The notes: generated by a model from the sequence alone, not told the origin. A DNA stretch of 64,000 nucleotides from Candidatus Woesearchaeota archaeon (GCA_013203345.1 JABMQF010000062.1:2490-66489), one strand, 5' to 3'; positions 37,138-46,897 are shown, counted from the stretch's first letter. A program made the numbers and translations.

Positions 37138-37923
37138 TCAATTCTTGATATCTGTTCCGCCTGATGGTAGTGCACGGATGATTTCATCGAGTTCACCGCC
37201 GAACTTCTTCTTCACAATTTTAGCTATGTCTGATGGTTTATTCTTTCCCTGAATAAGCTCGATCACATCTTTGCATTGTTTTTTTATTGCGGCCACGGGT
37301 CCGCACATCACCCTGCCGTCCTCTAAAACACAAACTGCACAATTAGGTATAGGGTTCAAGTAGTTGGTCTTACCTCGTATCATGAACGCGCCCTTGGAAA
37401 GGTGCTCACCTGCAGCAGCCTCTTTTGTGACCTGCTCAGGAGTCACCCAGAATACAGGTGTCGTCATGAGTCCCATCTTCCATGCTCTTGAGAAACAGAG
37501 CGTGGCGTCTGCCACTTCCTGCAAAGTATTGGGTCCAGGCTCTTTACCATCTGTCTTTACAATAAAAAAAGGAGAACCCGACATATCTGTGTGAAATACA
37601 ATATCTTCCTTGTCTGTGTGCTTCTTAACAACAATCTCATTTGTTGTTGCGTCCCTTCCGCCGATCACAAGAAACCCTTCTGAAGATATGAACCAGCGGA
37701 ACTTCTCATACCACTCAGGCTTGCGCCTCTTGACTTCCTTGTGCTGCTCCTTGATCTTACCAAGCTGAGAATCCTTGCTCTGCTTCTCTTCTTCAAGCCG
37801 CTTCAAGGAAATAACAAGTGCCTTTTTCGCGCCTTCAAGCTTTTTGCGGGCAAGCTTCGCCTTGTTGAAATACGATTCAGCGTTCTGCTCCACAGAGAGC
37901 TTTGGGTTGATTACTACTTTCAT
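37138..37923 (-). CDS. NFACT RNA-binding domain protein (truncated Rqc2/NEMF homolog)
   Basis: SVEQNAESYF..K, WYEKFRWFISSEGFLVIGGRDA..NE and GAFMIRGK motifs. Confidence 0.88.
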   Translation of the reverse strand: MKVVINPKLSVEQNAESYFNKAKLARKKLEGAKKALVISLKRLEEEKQSKDSQLGKIKEQHKEVKRRKPEWYEKFRWFISSEGFLVIGGRDATTNEIVVKKHTDKEDIVFHTDMSGSPFFIVKTDGKEPGPNTLQEVADATLCFSRAWKMGLMTTPVFWVTPEQVTKEAAAGEHLSKGAFMIRGKTNYLNPIPNCAVCVLEDGRVMCGPVAAIKKQCKDVIELIQGKNKPSDIAKIVKKKFGGELDEIIRALPSGGTDIKN

Positions 37924-37959
37924 CAAGCATGGAACGTATTTATTGTTTAAAAATATATG

Positions 37960-38367
37960 CTAACGAGAACAAGGACTCATCAGGATATAGGTGCTCTTGC
38001 CATCAGGAGAATGCGCGATATGGGCTTCACTGCTGCAGAATGCCTTGTAACCAAAACCAAGATGAGAAGGATTACGGATAGTAGAAGGGTCAAAGCCTTG
38101 CTTGTCGCGCAACTCAATAACCATGTCACTATCTACGCTAATGCCAAGGACCAGAGAGCACACCCCTGATCCATGCCGCTGGATATTCTCAACAGCATGG
38201 GCAAGGGCCATATCCATCAAGCAGTACTCTTCATCATACTGCTCAAGTGGAAAAATATCATATATGCGCGCCATATTGTCAAAGAATAATCTATTCCTTA
38301 GGTCAATCTCGCACTCTCTGATAATGCTGCTGATGCTCGGCTGATTCTCCAATATTCCTATGTACAT
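37960..38367 (-). CDS. RsbW/SpoIIAB-like HATPase (anti-sigma-factor-like) protein
   Basis: ALAHAVENIQRHG (N-box), RDKQGFDP (G1) and GFG (G2). Confidence 0.6.
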   Translation of the reverse strand: MYIGILENQPSISSIIRECEIDLRNRLFFDNMARIYDIFPLEQYDEEYCLMDMALAHAVENIQRHGSGVCSLVLGISVDSDMVIELRDKQGFDPSTIRNPSHLGFGYKAFCSSEAHIAHSPDGKSTYILMSPCSR

Positions 38368-38577
38368 GTAGGAGAGGGAAAAACAGGACAGATAAAAAAC
38401 TTACCTTGTATTGTATGTCGGGTCTGCTTTGTTGGATGTGTGGTTATCCTGCTTTTGGGAGGGGGTTTATTTGGTTTGGTAAATAAGATTTGGACTATAT
38501 TTTTATTTCCCCGAAGGGGTTTGTTTTATATTGATTCTTTTGATGAGTTTTTTGCCTTGCTGACCTGGCATGGTTTT

Positions 38578-38812
38578 GCTGCCTGTGCCATACTATTGCT
38601 GCGCGATTAATCTGTTGATTGACTTCTTGGTTTGCAACATCTGACTTCTTGGTTTGTTTTGCTGCCTGCGCTGTACCATTGCCGCGCTCGCACAGCTGTG
38701 TTATTTGATGTTGTTCGCCCAACTGCGTTAGGTTTTTTTCTGTTGGTGGTTTATGCTCGCTAGGCGGCAACGGTGGCGCAGGCAGCGTATTTGGTGTTGC
38801 AGACAGCAAGTA
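38578..38812 (+). ncRNA. Candidate structured non-coding RNA (long, alternative hairpins)
   Basis: 38661-38685 pairs with 38764-38786; 38632-38641 pairs with 38793-38802; 38578-38591 is an alternative partner. Strand is uncertain. Confidence 0.35.
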
Positions 38813-38889
38813 TTATTGACTTATTGACTTATTACATACTCTTAACAAAAACATTTAAATAAAATGAGTCTCTTTTTTAAAGCACCAGA

Positions 38890-39201
38890 ATGAATATTGA
38901 CAAAAATATACAAGATATGATTGAATACCCTAAAGAAGGTGTATTAAGTAAAGAAGTATATAGAGATGACACGTTCAATACAGACCTATTCTGCATGGCG
39001 GCTGGAAAAGAGATATCTGAACACACATCAACAAAAAAAGCAATTGTATATGTTGTAGATGGTAAAGGAGTCTTTAATCTTGAAGGCCAAGACATAATAA
39101 TGGAACCGGGCAAGCTCATACACATGGATGCTAATGCTAAACACTCATTAAAAGCAGAATCAAATACCTCATTCCTTCTTATATTGTCAACAAAAACATA
39201 A
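38890..39201 (+). CDS. Cupin domain protein
   Basis: LFCMAAGKEISEHTS..VYVVDGKG..MDANAKHSLKA. Confidence 0.88.
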   Translation: MNIDKNIQDMIEYPKEGVLSKEVYRDDTFNTDLFCMAAGKEISEHTSTKKAIVYVVDGKGVFNLEGQDIIMEPGKLIHMDANAKHSLKAESNTSFLLILSTKT

Positions 39202-39279
39202 AAAACCAAAATTCGTCAAAATTAATGACAACAAAGAGTTAATAAATAATACTTCTCACCTTTTGCCTAGGCAAGGAAA

Positions 39280-39843
39280 ATGTGTTTTAGTACGACAAAA
39301 TATGTCACGTTCTTTGATGACCAGTACGGGAAGCTTGATATTTTCGATATTGTGAAGCTCAAGAACGAACAAAGACAATCACCCAATCTATGGTCTGCAA
39401 GCTTAAGCTACGGTCTACTCGGATCAGTAAGATGCAGACCAGGAATCATGGCATCTAAAGACAACAATGAAGTTCTGCTCGCTTTTGGAGATGAAGGTCT
39501 TGAAAAACTTGTAGACCTTGGATTCATAACATGCGCAACATGCCAACCTGAACAGACACCAGGATTCTGGGATGTTATAAGAAAGATTGTGCGCGAGAAC
39601 TATGGTATACAATCGCTGAATGAATTTGTTAACAAGGATGTGATACCATATGATGCAAGCAGGGTGCGCTGGGAGGAACTGATACCAATCATAGGAAGAT
39701 GTCCTGACAGATTATACCTTGCCAAGGACATGACAATGCCTGCGATGTTGCAATTAAAGACTCGGTTTAACAGAATGGGATTTGATCTACCTCCTGTAGG
39801 TTTCTATGACACAAATGCTCCGGAACGGTTTGTAGAATATTAA
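39280..39843 (+). CDS. Hypothetical protein with an Ada-like Cys cluster
   Basis: VRCRPG..LGFITCATCQP resembles the Ada metal-binding motif CRP..GFRPCxxCxP. Confidence 0.55.
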   Translation: MCFSTTKYVTFFDDQYGKLDIFDIVKLKNEQRQSPNLWSASLSYGLLGSVRCRPGIMASKDNNEVLLAFGDEGLEKLVDLGFITCATCQPEQTPGFWDVIRKIVRENYGIQSLNEFVNKDVIPYDASRVRWEELIPIIGRCPDRLYLAKDMTMPAMLQLKTRFNRMGFDLPPVGFYDTNAPERFVEY

Positions 39844-39930
39844 TTCATGAAGTAAATGCCAATATCTTAAAAATAAATCAAACAACATAAATCAAACATC
39901 ATAAAAAACTAACAAAAGGAAAAAGAATTC

Positions 39931-40854
39931 TCAACTCATCACGCCCTGCGCCAGGGTTATGACAAAGAAAGCTACAGTCATCAATATCAATGAGTGCTTT
40001 GCACCTGACTTGAGATCACCCTCTGCAAGCTTTCCAAGTACAAGCCCTGCGAAACACGCCTGTATCATCGCAAGCATCAAGAACACGCCACGGATGGATG
40101 TGAACCAGGCACCTGCTGTGCCAATAAACGCGCCAAGCGAAGAAAAATCAACCTTCACAGGCCGGATTGCGCCTCCGAGCGCAGAAGAAGTCAAGGCCAT
40201 ACCTCCCTCTCCAATACCATCAATATTCTTTGATTCAATATTTGCAATGTAAGGTATAAGCAGGTTCTGAATCACTATCATAACGCCAAGGAACACTATG
40301 AATATTATATAGCTCTGCACGAGCTGGGAGTGGATGCCTGCCTTTCTTGCAAGCTTTATCTTCTTTATCTCTATAACAGACTTGGTAACTGTCTCGAGAA
40401 CATCCTCCATGTTACCTCCTGAAAGCTCAGCTTCTATCACTGTTGATATACTTCTTTTGATCACACCATTATTAGTCTCATTAGCAAATGTTCCCAGCGC
40501 CTTGTGTACAGGGATTGCCCACTCAACCTGATTAGCAAGCTTAACAATATGCGGTGTAAGCGCACCATAATCTGATTTTGCAACATATATAATCGCCTTG
40601 CTAACAGGCATGCCTGACTTGATAGATCCTACAAGATTCCTGACAAATTCAGGGAACATAGACTCGAGCTCCTTCTGCTTTTTGGAAAACATGAAGAAAT
40701 CCAACCAGAACTGCATCCATCCAATGCTTAAAGATATTATCAACAAAGGTATGAACCATGAAGTCTTCCTCAAGAATAATAAGTCCACTGCAAGCAGAGC
40801 TACCCCTAAAATAACGCCGATCAAATGCTTCTTATCAAAATGCCACTCCATCAT
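39931..40854 (-). CDS. Type IV pilus platform protein (TadC/GspF family)
   Basis: FPEFVRNLVGSIKSGMP, DYGAL, SGG..DVLE and C-terminal TM segments. Confidence 0.88.
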   Translation of the reverse strand: MMEWHFDKKHLIGVILGVALLAVDLLFLRKTSWFIPLLIISLSIGWMQFWLDFFMFSKKQKELESMFPEFVRNLVGSIKSGMPVSKAIIYVAKSDYGALTPHIVKLANQVEWAIPVHKALGTFANETNNGVIKRSISTVIEAELSGGNMEDVLETVTKSVIEIKKIKLARKAGIHSQLVQSYIIFIVFLGVMIVIQNLLIPYIANIESKNIDGIGEGGMALTSSALGGAIRPVKVDFSSLGAFIGTAGAWFTSIRGVFLMLAMIQACFAGLVLGKLAEGDLKSGAKHSLILMTVAFFVITLAQGVMS

Positions 40855-40861
40855 AACACCA

Positions 40862-42808
40862 TCATATCTCGGGTTGAGTAACCGTAAGGAAAGTAAGGAA
40901 CGCAATATTCATGAACGGTATGACAACATAAGTTCCCATCACAATAATTACATTGACATCCATGCCACCAACCTTACCACCAAGAAGGCTCACAAGTGAC
41001 AAAGCAGCCACGAAGAAAAGCGGAGCCGCTATCAGTATGCCTGTGTAAATATCTGAATAAGTCGCTATAGTTTCTGTATACTGCTGACGCTCAAGCTTGT
41101 AATTAAGCATAGCCTCGTCTGCCTTCTGACTAAAGAACTGCTTCAAATCACCACCTGTCTGTGTTGTTGAAATCATACCTTCAAAAAAATCCTTGAACTC
41201 AAAAGAAGGTGTTGTAGCTGAAACAGCCTTCAATGAAGTAAGGACATCATATCCAAAAACATCTACATAATTAACTATCTTCTCTATTTCAGAAGACACC
41301 TCGCCATACTCAGTAGAGTCTGCGATAAGCCTGAACATTTTTATAGGTGCAACACCAGATGAAGACACTGCCGCCATATGATTTATCGCAAAAGGAAGGT
41401 TTGCGTTTATGCTTGCCCTCCTAGCTTTCATCATTGAATAAGGATAAGCGTAAAAACCTGCGAATATTGCGATACCGAGCAGCAAAGACATCATCAAAGT
41501 TCTGAACAAAACCTGTAATAAGGGTAATGAAGTTGCAGCAAAAAAGAACCCGAAAACAAACAACCCCAAGAACGAACTTGCAATAACACCTAAAACCATC
41601 ATGTTCACATAAGTATTCGAAAGAATCTTTATGTTAGCAAGCCTAATCGCATGATATAAATCCTTGAAAAATTCAGGAAACTGATCAAGAAGATAAAGAC
41701 TTATATGTTTTATACTCATATTAGCAAAAGATCCAAAAAAACTTGGTTGGTATACTTTCAAGGACTTTCTGCTGTCCATTATTGACCTTATCCTTCTAGC
41801 CTCTTTTGTAAATGATGTTGTAGATATCTTCTCTGCTTCAGCAATAACTTTTGGTTTCTCTCTTCTTCTGCGAGCAGCAAGATGGTAAGTTGATATAGGA
41901 CCTTTAGAAGGAATATCACTGAATGTTATCTTTCGTTTCCTATTAATAAGATTCTTGAAATAACCCATGTTGAAACCACTACCTAAAGCAATGGCTTCTT
42001 CAGGTTTGGTAACGGGCTTTGCAACTGGTTTGGTAACTGGCTTTGCAACTGCAACTGGTTTGGCAACATGCTTGGAAACAGGTGCTGCCTTTTTTGCAGA
42101 ACTATGCTTTGAGAATAATCTCTCAAACAAAGATGGTCGAGAAACGTGTACTGGAGAAGGCTTAGCAATAGGTTTAGATGCTGCCTGTCTATCAATAGGC
42201 TTAACCTTAGTCTTCAATTCATCCATAACCCTGTCAAGTTCACGTCTTGTCACCAGCCGCTTCATGAACAACTGCAATCTCTCAAACAATGAAGACTTTA
42301 TCTCAACAAGATGAGGAACAGACTTATCAGGAGCAACAATAAATTGCTTATCTGTTTGAACTGATGCTACGTGAGCAGGTTTTGCAAGGGCAGGTTTTGC
42401 ATGAACGGGCGTTGCAGCATGTTCTGGAATAGGCTTGACAACAGGTTTTACAACAGACTTAACAGCAGACTTAACAGCCGCGAGTGGAGACTGAACTTTC
42501 ACATCAACTATATTCTCAAAATCATTGTTGTTGTAAGCTTCATAGAAAAGCTGTGAATTATATGTCTCTATCTTCTTAAGCAATGAATAAACATAAGAAT
42601 CATAATATTCCATCCAATCCTCTTTTGATCTTCCTTTAAGAATTCTTTTCAATGATTTCTCATAACTAAAATAAGTTAGCGTACCGCTTTGATAGTCTGC
42701 GAACAGGCTGTCAATCCTTCTGATCAGATTCTGCTTATACACTCTGTAAGTCTCAATCTCAGAGATAAGTTCCAGAACCTTATTGACTATCAGCTGAACA
42801 TCCTTCAT
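40862..42808 (-). CDS. Type IV pilus platform protein (TadC/FlaJ-like) with a long N-terminal extension
   Basis: NLPFAINHMAAVSSSG..EYGEVS..GYD..TGGDL; about 350-aa N-terminal extension with AKPV repeats. Confidence 0.85.
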   Translation of the reverse strand: MKDVQLIVNKVLELISEIETYRVYKQNLIRRIDSLFADYQSGTLTYFSYEKSLKRILKGRSKEDWMEYYDSYVYSLLKKIETYNSQLFYEAYNNNDFENIVDVKVQSPLAAVKSAVKSVVKPVVKPIPEHAATPVHAKPALAKPAHVASVQTDKQFIVAPDKSVPHLVEIKSSLFERLQLFMKRLVTRRELDRVMDELKTKVKPIDRQAASKPIAKPSPVHVSRPSLFERLFSKHSSAKKAAPVSKHVAKPVAVAKPVTKPVAKPVTKPEEAIALGSGFNMGYFKNLINRKRKITFSDIPSKGPISTYHLAARRRREKPKVIAEAEKISTTSFTKEARRIRSIMDSRKSLKVYQPSFFGSFANMSIKHISLYLLDQFPEFFKDLYHAIRLANIKILSNTYVNMMVLGVIASSFLGLFVFGFFFAATSLPLLQVLFRTLMMSLLLGIAIFAGFYAYPYSMMKARRASINANLPFAINHMAAVSSSGVAPIKMFRLIADSTEYGEVSSEIEKIVNYVDVFGYDVLTSLKAVSATTPSFEFKDFFEGMISTTQTGGDLKQFFSQKADEAMLNYKLERQQYTETIATYSDIYTGILIAAPLFFVAALSLVSLLGGKVGGMDVNVIIVMGTYVVIPFMNIAFLTFLTVTQPEI

Positions 42809-42832
42809 TTTACTATTGCAATACCCCCAAAA

Positions 42833-43048
42833 TCAAGAGATCTGTTCAAGACCCTCAAGCATGTGCTTGACGTGTAGCGAAAGCTTCAACATACGCTCCT
42901 TTGCGAACTTAGCCTCCTCTTTACGAACAATGATATCCTCATTACTATCAACACCTGCGTTGACAATATCCTCATAAAGCTCATCAAGTGCAGATATCTC
43001 CCTCATACTCTCATCGATGGAAAGCATTCTTTCCCGAAAGCCACTCAT
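42833..43048 (-). CDS. Small helical protein in the pilus operon
   Basis: ATGA-coupled to the ATPase gene. Confidence 0.6.
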   Translation of the reverse strand: MSGFRERMLSIDESMREISALDELYEDIVNAGVDSNEDIIVRKEEAKFAKERMLKLSLHVKHMLEGLEQIS

Positions 43049-44811
43049 TTCATATCAAACCTCTTTAGAACCGACTCAGGATCCTTATAATAATCATTAA
43101 CTACCTTATTGAATTCCTGGAAAGAAGCAATATTTTTATCAGCCATCTTCTGCAATAAAATTGCACGCTGTTTCATCTCTGCAGTAATCTGCTCCTCAGT
43201 CATACCTGTTCTCTTTGTTATCTGCTCAAATATTGTCGGCTTATTTTTTAATAATATCTTATCGCTAGCAGGATCCAACTCAAAAACAGAATTGTACTTT
43301 GCTTGTCCTAAAGCCTGCTCAACTTCCAAAACCTCATCAACTTCTCTCAAGCGCCTTATGTTACGCTTCTGATCTTTTATATGGATGCAGATGCAGACAA
43401 CATCCAATGCCTCTACAAGAGACGGTGAAAGATTTATAGGAGGAGTCTCCAGCCTCTTCACAACAGTATCAACCGACGCTGCGTGGAATGTCGAGAATGA
43501 AGGATGGCCTGAAGCCATGCCCTGGAACAACACATAAGCCTCTTTGCCTCTGATCTCTCCCACAATAACATAATCAGGATTCTGCCTGAAACTCTCCCTA
43601 AGAAGATCGAAAAGAGTTATCTCACCATACTTTGTGCCCATCACAGTAGGCATTCCAAAACCTGCACGAGTGACCGCAGGAAGCCAATTGATGTGCGCAA
43701 GGTTCAACTCTCTTGTATCCTCAATAGAACATATACGAGCTTCAGGAGGTATAAAATCCACAATACAGTTCAGGAATGTTGTCTTGCCTGAAGCAGTCTC
43801 ACCAACAACCATTATATTGAACTTATTCTCTATAACAAGCCAAAGGTATGCGAAAGCTTCTGCAGTGGCAGTCCCTGACTTTATCAGATGGACAGGAGTC
43901 CAAGGTTCTTTTGTGAACTTCCTTATTGTGAAAGTTGGCCCGCGTGTTGTTATGTCCTCTGTGTAAGTAGCGTTAACTCTTGACCCATCAGGAAGAGTAC
44001 CGTCCAGTAAAGGCTTAGCATAAGATATGTACCTACCAGTCTTCTGCGCTAGCTTCTCTATAAAATCAGTCATGTACTGCTTATCCTTGAAAATAACAGT
44101 GGTCTTCAGGTTCTGATACTTCCTGTGAACTATGTACAATGGAAAATTCAAACCATTGCACTCAATATCCTCAACATAATAATCATTAAGCAAAGGCTCA
44201 ATCTCATTTAGACCGACAGAATTCCTGTAAACATAGTACATCAACTTTTTGTAACTCTTCTTACTAACCTTTGTACCTATCTCAACAAGAATGCTCTGTA
44301 CATTCTTCTCAAGATATTGAATAAGCAAATTAGACTTTGACGCACGAACAAAACTTATATTTATCATTTCCTCAAGGCCAAGATTAATCAGCTCAAGAAG
44401 CTCTTTCTCAGTATCATCAAGTATAGGCTCTTCAACAGAATAGATAAGCTCATTCTGCTCTTTATCCCAGTATAAATGCGCATAAGCATAAGGAGGAATT
44501 AAAGGATAACGCACATTTATTGTTCGCTTCTGATCATAAGGTGGAAGTTTTGTAAGCTTAGGTCTGAGATCTATGTAGAAACCATCATTATACTTGTTCT
44601 CTATTAATACCTCCGACCCTGCCTCTGAGCCTCCCTCTACTCCTTCCTCTTTAGAAGAGGATGAACTCTGCTCAGCATTGACTACAACCTCAGGTCCTTC
44701 AGGTTCAGGTTTAACCTTAATCTCAACACTACCTGTACCAACAGCACCACCTGCTGCCACAACAGGAGCGGTCTTATCTACTTTTTTTTTGAAAAACGGG
44801 AATGCCACCAT
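43045..44811 (-). CDS. Type II/IV secretion system ATPase (FlaI/TadA/VirB11 family)
   Basis: Walker A GETASGKT, SIEDTREL, RQNPDYVIVGEIRG and TFHA motifs. Confidence 0.95.
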   Translation of the reverse strand: MVAFPFFKKKVDKTAPVVAAGGAVGTGSVEIKVKPEPEGPEVVVNAEQSSSSSKEEGVEGGSEAGSEVLIENKYNDGFYIDLRPKLTKLPPYDQKRTINVRYPLIPPYAYAHLYWDKEQNELIYSVEEPILDDTEKELLELINLGLEEMINISFVRASKSNLLIQYLEKNVQSILVEIGTKVSKKSYKKLMYYVYRNSVGLNEIEPLLNDYYVEDIECNGLNFPLYIVHRKYQNLKTTVIFKDKQYMTDFIEKLAQKTGRYISYAKPLLDGTLPDGSRVNATYTEDITTRGPTFTIRKFTKEPWTPVHLIKSGTATAEAFAYLWLVIENKFNIMVVGETASGKTTFLNCIVDFIPPEARICSIEDTRELNLAHINWLPAVTRAGFGMPTVMGTKYGEITLFDLLRESFRQNPDYVIVGEIRGKEAYVLFQGMASGHPSFSTFHAASVDTVVKRLETPPINLSPSLVEALDVVCICIHIKDQKRNIRRLREVDEVLEVEQALGQAKYNSVFELDPASDKILLKNKPTIFEQITKRTGMTEEQITAEMKQRAILLQKMADKNIASFQEFNKVVNDYYKDPESVLKRFDMK

Positions 44812-44914
44812 GATTTCTCCATAATATTTTCCATCAATCTAAATTATCATTGATCTCATTAATCTTAATAATCAATAAAGCAAAATCATCAATAAATATA
44901 AATTATCAATAAAC

Positions 44915-45613
44915 CTACCTTATCTTCACCTCGAGGAAATCCCTATTACTCTTGAGCGTGAACTCAACAACAGTGTAATAGCTTTCATCTGTAGTATTAA
45001 CATAATAAACAACGCTTGCAGCTCCAAGACTTGAACCCTCATCCTCAAGCACAGAGAAACCTGAAGCGCTCCAGACTGGAGTGCCAAAATCGAATGTGAA
45101 ATCATCATCCGCAGCATCCTCTCCTCCTGTGTTCGGATCCTTGAAAACAAAATCAACAAGCATACTAGATTGGTTCAATGTGCATGTTTCACGATCCTCG
45201 CAACTGTTGAACACTGCGCGAATGTAAGTATTCTCAAGAGTGTAATTATCTCCCCGCCTCTGAGCAGACACATCAGCATTAGAAGATATGTAGAGATTAC
45301 CAAGCTCAACTTGCTGACCAGACTCAAGTATACGCGCATCTGTGCGCATATCCCACTTAAGTGAACCGTCCTTCAGCTCAAGAAAACCTTTCTCCACCTC
45401 AACAGGCACAACGCGCTGAGAACCAACACCCTCCTCAGAAATCTCAGAAATATGCTGGTTCAGCTGAATGAAAGTATTTTTTGATCTTGTGAACACAGAC
45501 TTGTCCTGTAATTCTCTGAGAATAGGAACACCCGCATTCAGGACGACAACCATAACTACAGTTATCACAAGTATGTAAAGTATTGCTGAAATCCATATCT
45601 GTCCTTTATCCAT
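44915..45613 (-). CDS. Pilin-like protein (class III signal peptide)
   Basis: MDKG/QIWISAILYILV. Confidence 0.8.
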   Translation of the reverse strand: MDKGQIWISAILYILVITVVMVVVLNAGVPILRELQDKSVFTRSKNTFIQLNQHISEISEEGVGSQRVVPVEVEKGFLELKDGSLKWDMRTDARILESGQQVELGNLYISSNADVSAQRRGDNYTLENTYIRAVFNSCEDRETCTLNQSSMLVDFVFKDPNTGGEDAADDDFTFDFGTPVWSASGFSVLEDEGSSLGAASVVYYVNTTDESYYTVVEFTLKSNRDFLEVKIR

Positions 45614-46040
45614 TTAATATACCCGGACTATCTTTTTGGAAGCTTATGTTCTTGAAATTTAATCCTCTGCACCCTTTAGGGTACACAATAACATAATCAA
45701 CAACAGCTATATCAACTGTGACAGGCTGCATAGATCTTTGGTCAAGCATAATGACTACATCCTTGACTTCACCTGCGCTCTCAACAACAATTGTCTCTAT
45801 TATCGAGCCAATGGTATTCTTGATGTCAAAGTTCAGAGTCATATTATTATATGAAACACTCGAAGCAGGTATGTCGAAATAGTATCTTCCGCACTCGACT
45901 GCAACCAATGTTTCCCGCGATGAATAAGCTGTCTGCTCAACAACCATACTGTAAACCCATACTGCTGTGAAAAGCACTAGCAGGATGAAAATCACAGCCA
46001 AAAATATGACAAGGCTTATCTTTCTTGACGTTCTATCCAT
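45606..46040 (-). CDS. Membrane-anchored pilus accessory protein
   Basis: N-terminal TM segment and a Cys pair as in the neighbouring pilins. Confidence 0.7.
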   Translation of the reverse strand: MDRTSRKISLVIFLAVIFILLVLFTAVWVYSMVVEQTAYSSRETLVAVECGRYYFDIPASSVSYNNMTLNFDIKNTIGSIIETIVVESAGEVKDVVIMLDQRSMQPVTVDIAVVDYVIVYPKGCRGLNFKNISFQKDSPGILNG

Positions 46041-46056
46041 TTTAAAAAATATTTAC

Positions 46057-46608
46057 TCAGATAAATACCTCTGAGCAAGGTTTGACATTCTTTGCTATAG
46101 TAGAGCTTGACGGGCACGCGATAACCGTTCCACCTACCTTGATGAAAGGTGTCAACTGTACCTGCTGTGGTGTCCCATACGTATTGTCATCATAGCTCAT
46201 ATTCAGCAGCTTTGCCTCATTTGTACTAAGGCTCGCAAATTCACCAAGATCTACTGTGTAAGGCACTCTTGTGCCAGTTCCTATCAGCCTGATTTCTATC
46301 TTCTCCACAGTCTTTGCCTTCTTGTTTGCAACAATGAACTGCATAGTCTCATTATCTACAACAGAAGTGTTGTAGCATATCTGGTCAACACCATCAATCT
46401 CAACAATATCAATATCAACATCTGAAGCGCACGTGACCTCTGTGTCTGAACGCTCCCTTGCGATGTTCGCAGTATCCTCAACATAACCTCTGCCCCAATT
46501 CATGACAACAGCACCTAGTGCTACTGCGAAAGCGATCAGAAGGACTGTCGCGATAAGCGGTGAGACTGCTTTCCTGGATTTTATTATTGAACTTCTCATA
46601 TTGCTCAC
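46057..46608 (-). CDS. Archaeal type IV pilin (probable major pilin)
   Basis: RKA/VSPLIATVLLIAFAVALG class III signal. Confidence 0.9.
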   Translation of the reverse strand: MSNMRSSIIKSRKAVSPLIATVLLIAFAVALGAVVMNWGRGYVEDTANIARERSDTEVTCASDVDIDIVEIDGVDQICYNTSVVDNETMQFIVANKKAKTVEKIEIRLIGTGTRVPYTVDLGEFASLSTNEAKLLNMSYDDNTYGTPQQVQLTPFIKVGGTVIACPSSSTIAKNVKPCSEVFI

Positions 46609-46609
46609 C

Positions 46610-46897
46610 TCATTTCCTCAGATTTTGGAGCATGTTATTAAGTCGTTGCTCCTCTGAATGCATTGTCTTTACATAAGGTACTGTACCGATTATAAGAACG
46701 CACAGACCCATCACAACCAGAATATTCAACATTGTCCGTCCAAGGAATCCATTTATGAACCCAAGTACTGCCACGAACATGAATGCAAAATAAAGAATCA
46801 GGCTCTTGTTCATGACAAGCATAGACTTCTCTCTATTGAGACGAGATTTTTCCACCTCAAGATGGATTATCTCCTTTTTGACGCTAATCGCAGCCAT
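46610..46897 (-). CDS. Small 2-TM membrane protein
   Basis: GGAGG ribosome-binding site; two hydrophobic helices. Confidence 0.75.
   Translation of the reverse strand: MAAISVKKEIIHLEVEKSRLNREKSMLVMNKSLILYFAFMFVAVLGFINGFLGRTMLNILVVMGLCVLIIGTVPYVKTMHSEEQRLNNMLQNLRK

Noticed and set aside
38546..38573. SRP RNA helix-8-like GCCAGGTCAGCAAGG on the minus strand
   Set aside because: It lacks the GNRA loop and the following AGCA motif, and the flanks do not fit the SRP fold.
38495..38809. 104-aa minus-strand ORF
   Set aside because: Biased Q/K/T/P composition arising from the G/T skew, a weak start codon, and overlap with the structured region.
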